Assembly: GCF_009914755.1 (NCBI RefSeq)
Contig: NC_060930.1
Origin: the human T2T-CHM13v2.0 reference genome, Homo sapiens
DNA length: 64,000 nt
Reading direction: 5' to 3' (one strand)
The number at the start of each line of letters is the position of its first letter. Position 1 is the first letter of the stretch. A program made the position numbers and the translations under genes. This document shows positions 16,821 to 29,230 of the stretch, piece after piece. The notes under the pieces were generated by a model, which was not told where the DNA came from, searched no databases, and saw only the letters and a list, made by a program, of their open reading frames with translations.

Positions 16821-17857
16821 ATAGGTTATATATATATAACCCATATATATATATATAAAAAAACCTATATATAAATTATATATATATAAAATCTATATAT
16901 AAAACCTATATATATAACCTATATATAGATTATATATATAAAACCTATATATAGATTATATATATAAAACCTATATATAACCTATATATAGGTTATATAT
17001 ATAACCTATATATAGGTTATATATATAACCTATATATAGGTTATATATATAGGTTATATATATAACCTATATATATAAAACCTATATATAGGTTATATAT
17101 ATAACCTATATATATAACCTATATATAGGTTATATATATAACCTATATATATAACCTATATATAGGTTATATATATAACCTATATATAGATAATATAACC
17201 TATATATAGATTATATATAACCTATATATAGATTATATATAACCTATAATAGGTTATAAATATTAACATATAACCTATAGAGGTTATACATATTAATATA
17301 TAAATATATAAAATTAATCAATTAATAACAATTATTTAATATTGTTATTAATTATAAATTATTAATAATTAATAATAATTAATATATTAAATATATTATA
17401 ATATAAAATATTATATTATATTTATATATAATATATAATAACCTATATATAGGTTATTAATGTTAATTAATAACCTATATATAGGTTATTAATGTTAATT
17501 AATAACCTATATAACCTATAATAGGTTATATATATTATATAACCTATAATAGGTTATATATATTATATAACCTATATAATATATAAATATTAATATTTAT
17601 ATATTATATAGGTTATATAATATATATAACCTATTATAGGTTATATAGGTTATTAATATTAATATATAGGTTATATTGATAACCTATGTAGGTTAATATA
17701 TAACCTATATAAATATAAATATATATTTATATATTTATTAATATATATTTATATATAAATATAAATACATTATATATAAATATATATTTATATATATTTT
17801 ATAAATATATATTTATATGTATTTATATATACATATATATTTACATATATATATAAA
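16821..17857. repeat. Palindromic AT-rich tandem repeat (AACCT/AGGTT plus (TA)n units), ~1 kb
   Basis: Repeated self-complementary unit aacctatatataggttatatatat, grading into (TA)n/(TAA)n low complexity. Confidence 0.95.
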
Positions 17858-18159
17858 ATTTTTATCTATGCTGCTTCTGGAACATCAACCCTTGTGATGG
17901 GTAGGTCATTTATCATAAAATATGTGTTAAGTGTGTGCAGAGAAAAATGGTTGGTATTGGCTAGGTCATGATCCGATCTGAAGACTGAAGATTCAAGCAA
18001 AGTTTTACTGAGTTTGACCACAAAAATAAATTAACTTGACATCAAGAGGCAATGACATGATGCAACCAACTTGCTAGTATGTGTCAGGGTAGGGTTAGTG
18101 CAAGAATAACAAGAGAAAAGAAAAACAGGAGCAAGGAAGTAAGGACTTTGGTGCATATA

Positions 18160-18790
18160 TAGTCAATCCGTAATATTTGTGAATCTCATATTTATGATCC
18201 ACCTAATTTAATAAAATGTGTTATTAATCCTAAAATCAGTAGTCATGGCACTTTCATGGTCATTGACAGATATGTGCCGAGTAGCAAGACATTTGAGCTG
18301 ACCAACCATGCAGATTTCCAGATGAGGTTGAACCAGGCAATGTTCTTTCTTTTTGTTTCAGCTTTCATACTACAAAAAAAGTGTTCTTTTTGTAGTTTAT
18401 TTAGTGCTCCATTTGTCGCATTTTTTGTGGTTTTTGTTGGTGATTTTGCTGTTTTAAATGGCTTCCAAGCATAGTGTTAATGTGCTGGGTAGTGTTTCTA
18501 AATATGAGAAGGCTATGACATATTTTGCTGAGAAAATATGTGTTAGATAATTTTCATTCAGGCACGAGGTATAGTGCTGTTGGCCATGAGTGAGTTGAAT
18601 GTTCATAAATCAGTAATATATATTATGTTTTCTTTAATGTAAAACACAGATAAAAGAATTGTATGAATTAATCAGTTAATAAAAATGTGATCAGAGGCTT
18701 ACATGGTCCTAATTATTCCCAGGAACAGTGATTCAGAATTCAATAATTCCGTGTCCATTGTGACTCCATGTATATTTATAAAACTGCTGT
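18160..18790 (+). mobile_element. MER82 (TcMar-Tigger) DNA transposon fossil
   Basis: ccagatgaggttgaaccaggc...tgtttcagctttcatact...ttggtgattttgctgttttaaatgg...tcaggcacgaggtatagtgctgttggccatgagt match the recalled MER82 consensus. Confidence 0.85.
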
Positions 18791-18794
18791 GTCT

Positions 18795-18885
18795 GTTTGT
18801 GCGTTTGTATGTATGTATGTATGTATATACATACATATATACAGAAACATAGACATATACACATGTATAACAATTATATATATAT
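18795..18885. repeat. (TATG)n/(TA)n microsatellite
   Basis: Direct reading. Confidence 0.8.
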
Positions 18886-19744
18886 AAGCATTTAAATAAA
18901 TATTGAATGGCCAGATTATAACTGATGTAGATGCTTTTCAAAATTTCAACAATTTCCAAATACTCTACAGTTACCATTATTTTCACGTCCAAATAAATAT
19001 ACCTCACTTTTGAATTATAATCACCTGTCACCATTTAATCAAATTATTAAGAAACCTAAACCTTTTGACCTAAATGTATACTTTTAGAAAATTTTATTCC
19101 ATATGAAATATAAAGAGGCATATAAAATTTATGAATGAGTGTATGCAGTGCTATATCACTTATAAAAATAATATAGTATTGGAAGCAATTTGAATATTAA
19201 GTAGCATATGGAATATACATTTGATTAGATAATTATTTCACAGAATCTTACAATAAGAAAAGAGTAAGTATATATTGTTAATTGTATAAAGAAGGTCAGA
19301 AAGTAGTTTTAACACAGAATACAGATACTGTTAATGTATATAATATTAATATATTTCTGCATATATTATATGATATATAATGAATACTGTTAAAATGCAT
19401 CCTGTAATACCATATATGTTAAATAATGTTAAGAAAGTTACAGTAGGTATCTCTTTATCGTGAGTTTTTATTAATTTATGTCTACATTATATTGTTATAA
19501 TTTTTTTATTTCAAATGATATGTGTTTCTTTTATAATATAAATATGAATTTGTGACAACACTCAAAATGTTATAGTGGTTAACTTTTATATTAGTTTTTA
19601 AATACACTACAAAATATTATTCTGTAATAATAATGCTTTCAGTGTTTTAAGGAATAATAAAATGTAACATGTTTGATCAGCAAGTTTACATAAGTATGGT
19701 TTTGCTAATCCTGACAGTGCAACTCTAAAGTCAATGTACATTAC

Positions 19745-20127
19745 TGCTATGGTTTAAATATCCCTGGAAAATCTATGTTGAAATTTAATTAACATTGTAA
19801 CTGTATTAAAAGGTTGGACTTTTAAGATGTGAGTAGGTTTTTAGGGCTCTGACCTCATAATCATGGGAGTAGTTTCATTATCATGGGAGGGAATTTTTTT
19901 TTTAAAGCTTGAGTTCACACCTCTTTGCCTCTGTCTCCATCCCTCTCTCATGCCCTCTTGCTGTTCTGCCTCCTGCTCTGAGAAGATGTAAGAAAACCCT
20001 TATCTGATGCCCGTGCCATGATCTTAGACTTCTCAGTCTTCAGAATCCTGAGCCAATAAATTTCTGGTCATTATAAATTACTCAGTCTGTGGTATTCTGA
20101 TACAACAGCATAAAACAGACTGAGACA
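19745..20127 (+). mobile_element. MaLR solo LTR (MSTD-like)
   Basis: tgctatggttt...aataaatttct...ataaattactcagtctgtggtattct...gactgagaca; TG..CA ends; flanks attac/attaa (4/5 TSD). Confidence 0.85.
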
Positions 20128-20870
20128 ATTAAGAAACATAGATGTTATGAAAAAAATGTGAAAAAGAATAAGGTTTATAGTCCTGTATTGATAGTGTAAA
20201 AGTGTATTGTATTGCAAATAAAAAGATAAAATTATATAAATAAAATTTATGAACTATTGTTCTTTTCAATATTTTAAAAATAGGGATTTAAAGAGAAGTA
20301 TGGGGTCTCTCATACAAGATATATTATTTCCCCAGGACATTATAAGAAATTGAAGCAAGGTTTAAATCAGCATTAACTAGGATTAAAGTAATGCCAGGTC
20401 CTGTTGCCCAGAAGGAAACAGGTAGGAATAAAGGAATTGCTTTTAACAAAGAAATGTGTAAGGAGCTTTCAAACCCAAGAGTCAACTTCTTGAGTTATCT
20501 TTGATTGAAGCTAGAATGCATTGAAAGGAAAGAAGCTGCATTAAAAGCCATGACTCAGATATAGGGAAAATTTATACTCAGAAAAAATGAAAATGAGAAT
20601 ATTTCACTGAGTTTTGGACTCTGCCAGTAATTTATCCTAAAAGCAAATTAGCAATATAGTTTACATTTCTCTAGTTTTGATTAATTGTATCTCTCTTTAG
20701 CTTCTTTAGTTGCCTGTGCATGAGAAGTACATTTTACAAAAGTATACGCTTCCATATTCGAAATGCCACTTTAGAACTTTTTATGAAAACACAAACAACT
20801 AGACGTAATGATATTTAGATGTCCAATTTTGAGAAGGGCCCTCTTCTTTCTACTACTTGGGAATAGTATC

Positions 20871-20980
20871 AGCTAATATGTATTGAGTATTTACCATGTA
20901 CCAGGCACTATAAATGCTTTACATATGTTAATTTGTTAAATTCTTATTAGTTATTTTACAAATTTGGCACTTCTTTATTC
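20871..20980 (-). mobile_element. MIR fragment (left part; appears to resume at ~23245-23320)
   Basis: gctaatatgtattgagtatttaccatgtaccaggcact...gctttacatatg; right part gttacatggctagtaactggc. Confidence 0.6.
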
Positions 20981-20984
20981 TATT

Positions 20985-22370
20985 TTTTAATTTTTTTAAT
21001 TTTAATTGATATATAATATTTGTACTTATTGATGGGGTAAAATGGGAGGTTTAAATTCGTGTGTACATAGGAAAATTATCAAACTGGGGTAATTACCATG
21101 TCCATCACTTTAAACATTCATAATTTCTTTGTGCTGACAGCACAAATAAATCTTTTAGATTTCTTGAAATAGATACTACATTATTATTTGCTGTAGTAAT
21201 TCCACCTTTTGTTAGAACATCAAAAGGTTTCTTCCTAATTATAACTTTGTATCTGTTGGTTGACCGACCTTTCCTGGTCCCTGCTTCTTGCTATGCTCCT
21301 ATACTCTCCAGCCTCTGGAATAGCCACTGTTTTATCCTATTCCTCTGTGGATTCAGCTTTTTTAAGTTCTACATATGAGTGAGATGATGCAAGGCTGTTG
21401 TCTTTCTTGGCCTGGCTTATTTCACTTAACCATTTAACATAATGTCCTCCAAGTACATCCATGTTGCCACAAATGACAGGATTTCATTTTGTTGTATGGC
21501 TGATTGAATCCATATCTCAACTAGTGTGAACAGTGCTGCAATAAGCATGGGTGTGCAGATGCATCTTCAACATCCTGATTTCATTTATTTTGGACACATA
21601 TCTAGTACTGGGATTGCTAAATATGTTAGCTGTTTCTTCAAATGTTTGAGGAACCTCCATACTGTTTTTCGTTCCTATCAAGAGTGTATGAGCTCCCGTT
21701 TGTCTGCCTCCTATCCAGCATTTGCTATTTTTTGACTTTTTGTTAATAGCCATTTTAACTGGGATAAGGTGATTTCCCGTTGTAGTTTTGATTTGCTTTT
21801 CTCAGATGATAAGTGATATGGAGCATATTTTCACATATATGTTGGCCATTTGTAAGTCTTCTTTTCAGAAACATTATATACACATTTTGCCTGATTTTAT
21901 TTTTGTTGTTGTTTGTTTTTTTGTTTGTTGCTTTAATAGTCTTTCTCCCTAGCTGGCTTCTTGTATAGTCTAGATATTAACAATTTGTTAGATGCATAGT
22001 TTGCAAATACTTTCACTCATACTATCTCTTCATGTTATTGATTGTTTCTTTTCCTGTGAAGAAGCATTTTGATTTGATGTAACCCCATTTGTTTATTCTT
22101 GCTTTTGTTGCCTGTGTTTTTGAGATCTTACTTAAAACATCTTTGCTCAGTCCAATTTCATGAAGTATTTTGCCTGTTTTCCTCTTGTAGTTTCATAGAT
22201 TCAGGTCTTACATTTCAATGTTTTATCCATTCAGAGTTGATTTTGTGTACATAGTGAGAAATGGGGATCTGGTTTCATTCTTCTACATGTAGATATTTAG
22301 TTTTCCCAGGACCATTTATTTAGGAAACTGTTCTTTCCCCAAAGAGTGTTCTCATTTGTCAAAAATCATT
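20985..22370 (-). mobile_element. L1MA-type LINE 3' part (non-inverted segment)
   Basis: ttttaattgatatataatatttgtac...gtccatcactttaaacattc is an L1MA 3' end; ORF2 antisense continues to ttgtcaaaaatc. Confidence 0.85.
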
Positions 22371-22373
22371 TCA

Positions 22374-23240
22374 CAATGAAAAGATGTTTTTTGAATAAGA
22401 AAAGCAAGAGAGAAAACTCAAAGAAATAAAATGAGATGAAAAATGTGACATTTTGACTGATACATAGAAATACAAAGAATCATAAGAGACTACTATAAAA
22501 AACACTAGGCCAACAAATTGGAAAACCTAGAAAAAATAAATACATTCTTGAACACCTACCAAGATTGAATCATGAAGACATATAAAACCTATTCAGACCA
22601 ATAACAAATAAGGAGATTAAATCAGTAATAAAAAGTGTCCCATCAAAGTAAAGCCCTGAACCTGATGACTTCACTGCTGAGTTCTACCAAATATTAAAAA
22701 AAGTAGTTGTATTCAAATTATTTTTAAAAATTGAAGGAGAAAGAATACTTTGAATATCATTCTACAAATCCAGCATTACCCAAATACCCAAACCAGATAA
22801 AGATATAGAAAAAAAGAAAAAGAAAAAAGGAAACTACAGGCCAAGATCTCCAATAAATGTAGTTGAAAAAAATCCTCAACAAAACACTAACTATTCAAAT
22901 TTAACAACCATTAACAAGATGGTTAATCATGATCAAGTAGGGCTCATCCCAGAAATGTAAAGATGGTTCAACATATGAAAATCAATAAACGTGACACCCA
23001 CATTAATAAGATCGAGGACAAAAACTATGATTTTTCAATAGATACTGAAAAAGCTTTCGATAAAATTTGAAGTCCTTTTATGATCAAAACCCTCAAAAAG
23101 TTGGATAGAGCAGGAACAAAGCTTGGCACGATAAAGCCCATACATAACAAATCCACAGCTAACATCATACTGAATAAAAAAAAAGTTGAAATATTTTCCT
23201 CTAAGATCTAGAACAAGACAAAGATGCCCACTTTCGACAT
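22374..23240 (+). mobile_element. L1MA ORF2 segment in opposite orientation (5' inversion of the preceding element)
   Basis: Sense ORF2: aaatacaaagaatcataagagactac...catgatcaagtagggctcatcccag...FPLRSRTRQRCPLS. Confidence 0.85.
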
Positions 23241-24769
23241 TTTCATTTCAGTTTTTACCAAATTTGAGCCATAAAACTGTGCCACTACAATGTTACATGG
23301 CTAGTAACTGGCTGAACAAATCTGGTTTCAGAATCCTGAATGATTCTGAATCCAAAATGATTACAGACAGCTACAGTATCATGAAAGAAAATGACCAATA
23401 ATATTTAATTACCTGAAGAATAAAATAAAGTTATTTAAATATACTATATGAGCAAGTAGTGATCTTGGAATTCTAAGATATACAATAATAAAAAAAGTGA
23501 GGTCTCTGTGTTCACCAATTAAATGTAAAAACTAACTTCACATTTTGTGCTACAGAGAAATGTAGATACATCTAATTTATAGGTTAATTACATAATCACA
23601 AAGCATCATGGACCCAGTTCCAACTTAACATTTTACTCTAAAAATAAGTTGTTTTATAGGTATAAAAGAAAAACATGTCTATTTATTTTTTCCAAGGTTG
23701 TGTCTTTATCCATACTGCAGTTTACTACTTGATATTTTAATTGCTATACTCAACATGGTATCTATTTTAATTTTCATCAAAATTATTATTGTCTCTAAAG
23801 GAGTCTTTTGAGGTTAGACCTCTAAGTGACCAGTGAAAGATGAGGAACCGAAAATGACAAATTCTTCCCCTTGCCAATGTTATCTCTTATGATATATCAA
23901 GCACCATCATTGCTATCAACTGAATAGTGAAAATATGATAATGTTTACAGATGTTGCCTCTGTTCTTACAGCAAACAAGGTTATATTTCCTGTGTTCTAT
24001 TTGTATTGGTAATTCTGATTGCTCCTGTGTTCTAGTCTGAATACTTGTCTGTTTAATCTATCTTTACCATCCATTAAGAAAATTCCATGACATTAAAGAT
24101 CCTGTTCACCTTGTTCAATCGTTTTCCCAGTATAGATTATGTTATTTGAAATGTAACTATATTTATTCAGCAAAGAAAGTAATGAATGAAGAAGTTTTCA
24201 GATTCGAATAAATCTTTACAGCAAGGTGCAATGAACAAATAATAAAGTGTATGAAAAAGTTGCATAATATACAAGAGTAAATTAAAATATGTTAATCTCA
24301 TGATGTTTTTATGAAACATTAAGGACAAAACATGTGTTAGAATTATGAAAAATTATACTGATTATTTTAACATGAAAATATATTCCAATGTAGATTAGAA
24401 ATATTCATGAAAACATGTTTTTGTGCCAGTATCACATAATCCTAATTTTTGTACCACTTTAAAGTATCAATATTTCTGTACCAAAAATTATTTCTATGTT
24501 ATCATCCAGGTGTGTCAAGTTGCCACTGGGATTACTTTCAGATTACATCTAGAAATTGTATTTCAATTTTGGAAAAAAGTAAAGAAATATGATTTTAGTG
24601 AAAATATATATGAAGCTAAAACTCAATTATTTCATCCAAGAGCACAATATTTATTCAAAATAAATTTCACAAACATCAAACTGAAAATTAACAAAAGGTT
24701 TATAACAAACAAAAAACATATTCGTTCAAGAAAAACTACTCAACTTCAATAAGAAGAGTGGGTCATTGG

Positions 24770-26270
24770 CATTTTATTTTAGGACTTCTCTCAAACCCTA
24801 TTCCCACCTACATGGTATAATAGCCTCAAAACCAGCAGCCTCACAGCTATAAGAGAGGGCAAACATGTTTGGAGCTCTATGAAAGTCTCATCACTAGAGT
24901 GTTGCCAGTATTTAATCTAACATGAACCTCTGAGGAAAAGCCTCATTCCCAGGATATTATGGTTATTTGTGTTTTATTTTGAGACAGAGTCTCACTCTGC
25001 TTTCCAGGCTGGAGCACAGTGGTGCGATCTTGGCTCAGGGCAACCTCCGCCTCCCAGGTTCAAATGATTCTCGTGCCTTAGCCACCCTAGTAGCTGGGAC
25101 TGCAGGTGCCCGCCACCATCCCCAGCTAATTTTTGTATTTTGTTCTCAAACCCCTGGCTCGAAGTGATCCCCCTGCCTCGGTTTCCCAAAGTGCTGGGAT
25201 TATAGGCCTGAGCCACCAAGTATTATGGTTATTTGAACTAACTCATAACTCACTTCAGTAGGAAAAACCCTATCCCCAGGCATTGAAAACAAGCAGCTGC
25301 AGTTGTTTAACGTAAGAATTCCTAAGGCTATGATACTAGTTGGGACAAACAAGAACACAGCCAAAAATTCAGAGTAATATCTGGGCAACAAAAAGTATAC
25401 GGGGGATTTGAAAGGCTCTGAGATATTTCCAGTCATCTAGAAAGCTGCACACATGTTCAGGAAAGGATAGGAAGGCCTTCACTTGTTCACTTCTGGCCGA
25501 CTTTGAAGTACTGCACAAGCAGTAAGAGAAGCCTAAGGAAGAATTACACACAATCTCTCTTTCTCTCTCATTCTCTCTCTGTCTCTCCAAAAGAGAAGCT
25601 TACTGGCTAAAGAGATTTAAGGAAGTTATTGGCTGACAACTAAGATAGCTAACTGCTGATCCAAGGTCAATCTGTAGGAAGTCAAATAAATGATGATAAT
25701 AAATAAGACAAAACAAAGAAACAAAATTGAGGGACACATTAGTAACTGTACACTGCAGAGAATATAGACTAGAGAGAATTAATCTAGAAAAGTAAACAAA
25801 CACCAATAACAACAGCAACAAATATCAACAACAACTGTTGGGAGATCTGATTCCAGAATTTTTACAATAAATTACATAAAATGTCTAGTTTTAATCCAAA
25901 AAAGATGAGAGACATGAAAACTAATTGGAAGTTGGTCCATACCCCCCCCCCAAAAAGATATAAGTAGAAACTGTCTGTGAGATCCTAGATATTTAACTTA
26001 GAAGACAAAGAATAAATCAGCCTTTATAACTGCTTAAAGAATTAAGAAAACCATGTTTAAAGGAACTAAGACAAAGTCTGACAACTGTATCTCACCAAAT
26101 ACAAATGATCAGTAAAGAGATAGAAATTATATTAAAAATTAGAAATTCTAGAGTTCAAAAGGATGATAATTAAAATTGATTTTAGTAGAGGAGCTTAACA
26201 GATCTGAGTTGACAGAAGACACTATCAGTGATTACTAAGAGCACTAAAAATAGTAACATTCAAGTAGCTT
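24770..26270 (+). mobile_element. Old L1M (L1MC/MD-type) 5' region and ORF1 start, interrupted by an Alu
   Basis: aaagctgcacacatgttcagg..., ataaaatgtctagttttaatcc..., ccatgtttaaaggaactaa, aaattctagagtt...agatctgagttgacagaaga resemble L1M 5'/ORF1. Confidence 0.55.
24970..25220 (-). mobile_element. Alu (Jb/S) with internal deletion and 15-bp TSD
   Basis: Alu antisense; perfect TSD tattatggttatttg at 24955-24969 and 25221-25235. Confidence 0.93.
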
Positions 26271-26274
26271 TGAG

Positions 26275-26752
26275 CACATCTAGTACTCAGCTACTGGTTT
26301 CTAATACCATTCTCCAATGGAAGAAACTAAAACTCATTGTAGTAATGCCTGTTCTAGGACCAGTGCAAAGAAATACAAAATAAGCCTGAAATATCTTGTA
26401 GTACAAAAATGTTAAAGAACCGCTAAAACAATAAAAGGATAGAGGTGTGTCAAACAGACATAGGAACAAACCTGAAAGAACTTCCAATGACTATGAGTGG
26501 AATAGAATAAATAACATAAGTGTTGGATCACAAACTGAAGACTGAAATAAAATTCATAAATCTATGAACTTTAACATAAATTATTAAATAAATAAATGAG
26601 AAGGAATAAATTTACTTTACCAAAATATAATAAATGTAGAAATAACCAAATCCGTGGAATAGAAAATCACCATCAGAACACCATATTTATAGTTGATGAA
26701 AGTGAAATTCATTGAAGGAAGACAAAGTTACTAATGAAAATTTATATATATA

Positions 26753-26816
<64 letters not shown>

Positions 26817-27130
26817 TATGATATACCTCCCTCTAAGAAATGGAAATTGCTTATCCTCCAATGGAGTTTGGGCCCCACTTAGTGATTCCCTTCTAAAGCA
26901 TAGAGTATTGAAAGCAAAATATAATAACTTATAATGGAGAAACCTGTAATTAAATTTATCATCCCCAATAACATCCTGTTTGTATCATGTGTCACCTGCC
27001 ATACTGTAATGAAAACAGCCACACTTCTATGGTATTCTCCAGAAAAATTCATAGCTTCAATGTAATTATGAGAATGCATCAAACAAATCCAAACAGAATG
27101 ACATCCTACAAAATACTACCAGTTTTTTCA
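26275..27130 (+). mobile_element. L1MC/L1MD-type 3' end
   Basis: ggtttctaataccattctccaat...ttctaggacc...aagcctgaaatatcttgtagtac; acttagtgattcccttctaaag; caaatccaaacagaatgacatcctacaaaata. Confidence 0.7.
26743..26812. repeat. (TA)n(TG)n(TA)n compound microsatellite
   Basis: Direct reading; about 22 consecutive TA units. Confidence 0.95.
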
Positions 27131-27134
27131 TTGA

Positions 27135-27650
27135 AGTGACTCTCTTTAATCATTTTTGAGAAAATTTTTATCAAATGTACAAGTCTCAATATCAATTATC
27201 CATCTGACATTAGTTCAAGTGAAAAATGGTGTTCTATAAAAAATATTGTCTATTTTAGTTCTCAGCTAGAACAAACAACGCAACCATTATAATTTTTAGA
27301 CAGCAGGGTGCTCTATGTGAACTTCCCCGTTGTCACATAGAACAGGAAAATGACTTGTACTCAAGAACCAAGACTAAATACGTAATATTTTTACTGCTTT
27401 CTCAAGAATGTCTTTTAGCAAAACTTTTTTTTTCAGTTTGGTGGTGAAGTAAATATGGACTGTGAATAAAATTTGATACTCTGCTTAGATTTTGGTAAGA
27501 TACCATGATTGTATCTACTACCATTGGTTTTGCGTCATTTTAGATAATATCAACAGAGAAAACATAAAAATGATGTCTTAGTATTATTGAAATATTTTTA
27601 CCTTGTGTACTCCCTGAAATGATCGAGAGACGCACTTTGAGAACCTTTAA
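27135..27650 (-). mobile_element. Charlie1-family hAT DNA transposon fragment
   Basis: gtcttagtattattgaaatatt...ccctgaaa...cactttgagaacc is the antisense of the Charlie1 terminus. Confidence 0.7.
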
Positions 27651-27987
27651 TCCAGGGCAATGAGAAGGAATCCCAAAACCATTTAGATTACTAAAGAATA
27701 ATACCAAAGAATACAGAAAGCTGCTCCCTAGATTCTGTTACATGTGGGACTCTGACTGCATTTTCTTATTTCTCATTTCAATTATATAAATTTCATAAAA
27801 AGCAAAAAACAAAATTGATTTAAATATTTTTAATTTTCTACTCTTTGGTAGACATAAAATGTAATAGATTTGTAGCAGCATTCTACAAAACTTAGAATAT
27901 CAGATCTCATAAATTATTCTTGATTTCTAAAAAAAATTCATGGTATATACACTTTCGAGATTACGTATTGCACTTATAAAAATGGCT

Positions 27988-28060
27988 ACATGTATGCATG
28001 TGTGTTTGTGTGTGTGTATATATATACATATATATATAGAGAGAGAAAGACAGAGAGACA
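27988..28060. repeat. (TG)n(TA)n(GA)n microsatellite
   Basis: Direct reading. Confidence 0.85.
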
Positions 28061-28552
28061 GTGTTCTAATCTCTAATGTCAGTGAATATATAGGCAAATA
28101 AAGTTTGAAATGAATATTGTATTAGGTCATTGAAAATAATTTTTACTCTAAATTTAAATTTCAAGATTATAGAATAATCCATATTTATTCAAAAGCATCA
28201 ATATATTGAAAATACTGAATAAAGTAATATTTAAGACTATCAATATATAGTAAACTGTAAAATAAAATGGAGCTGATACATAGTTTTCCAAATTAAAAAT
28301 CAAAATATGAAATATATGAAGCTGTGTCAATAAATTGTGAGGCCAATCTATTTCATTTATTGCACGAGAGACATAATTGGGCAGTGAGGCAATCTTAACA
28401 ACTTGATTCAAACTCTGCTTCTTATTATGTGATAACAGAGGGGTCTAACAAATTTACCTATGTTGAGGGAGGCTTCTGAGAACTAGCGATTCCTATTGTT
28501 TTCAATGTCGGCTGACATGCCATTTTAGATAAGTATATTATATGTCATAAAG

Positions 28553-28773
28553 CAGGAGTGTCCAATTTTTTGGCTTCCCTGAGCCAATTTGGAAGAAGAA
28601 GAATTGTATTAGATCACACATAAAATACACTAGCACTAACAATAGCTGATGAGTTAAAAAAGAATCACAAAAAAAGCTAATGACGTTTTAAGAAAATTTG
28701 AGTTTGTTTTGAGCTGCATTTAAAGCCATCCTAGGCCACATGTGACCTGTGGGCCATAGGTTGGACAAGTTTG
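28553..28773 (+). mobile_element. MER30 (hAT-Charlie) non-autonomous element
   Basis: caggagtgtccaattttttggcttccctg...gaagaagaattgt...ggttggacaagtttg. Confidence 0.88.
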
Positions 28774-28859
28774 TTAAAGAGACTACATATATATTCATTA
28801 TATATGTATAGATTTATATAATATATATTATATATATGTATACACACACACTTATATAC

Positions 28860-28973
28860 TTTTTTTTATTATACTTTAAGTTTTAGGGTACATGTGCACA
28901 TTGTGCCGGTTAGTTACATATGTATACATGTGCCATGCTGGTGCGCTGCACCCACTAACTCGTCATCTAGCAT
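28860..28973 (-). mobile_element. Very short young L1 3' stub (L1PA2/L1Hs-like)
   Basis: acattgtg...gttagttacatatg...gctggtgcgctgcacccactaactcgtcatctagcat; TSD-like tatatac(t/a)tttttt at 28853 and 28975. Confidence 0.88.
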
Positions 28974-28988
28974 ATATATACATTTTTT

Positions 28989-29230
28989 AGAAGGAAGAGA
29001 AACAAGCACCTTCTTCACAAGGCAGCAGGAGAGAAAGAGTGAGAGAGCAAAGGGGAAGTGCCACACTTTTAAATCATCAGAACTCCTGAGAACTCCCTCA
29101 GGAGAATATTAATAGCATGAGGGAAACAAACCCCATAATACAATCATTTCCCATCAGGTCCCTCCCTCTACACGTGGGGATTGCTATTCCAGATGAGATT
29201 TGGATGGGGACACAGAGCCAAACCATATCA
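28989..29230 (-). mobile_element. MaLR LTR fragment (THE1D/MSTA-like), 3' part missing
   Basis: ttcacaaggcagcagg...ggggaagtgccacacttttaaa...gatgagatttggatggggacacagagccaaaccatatca. Confidence 0.85.

Noticed and set aside
16821-17857. Palindromic repeat array as a CRISPR-like locus
   Set aside because: No unique spacers, no cas genes, primate context; it is low-complexity tandem DNA.
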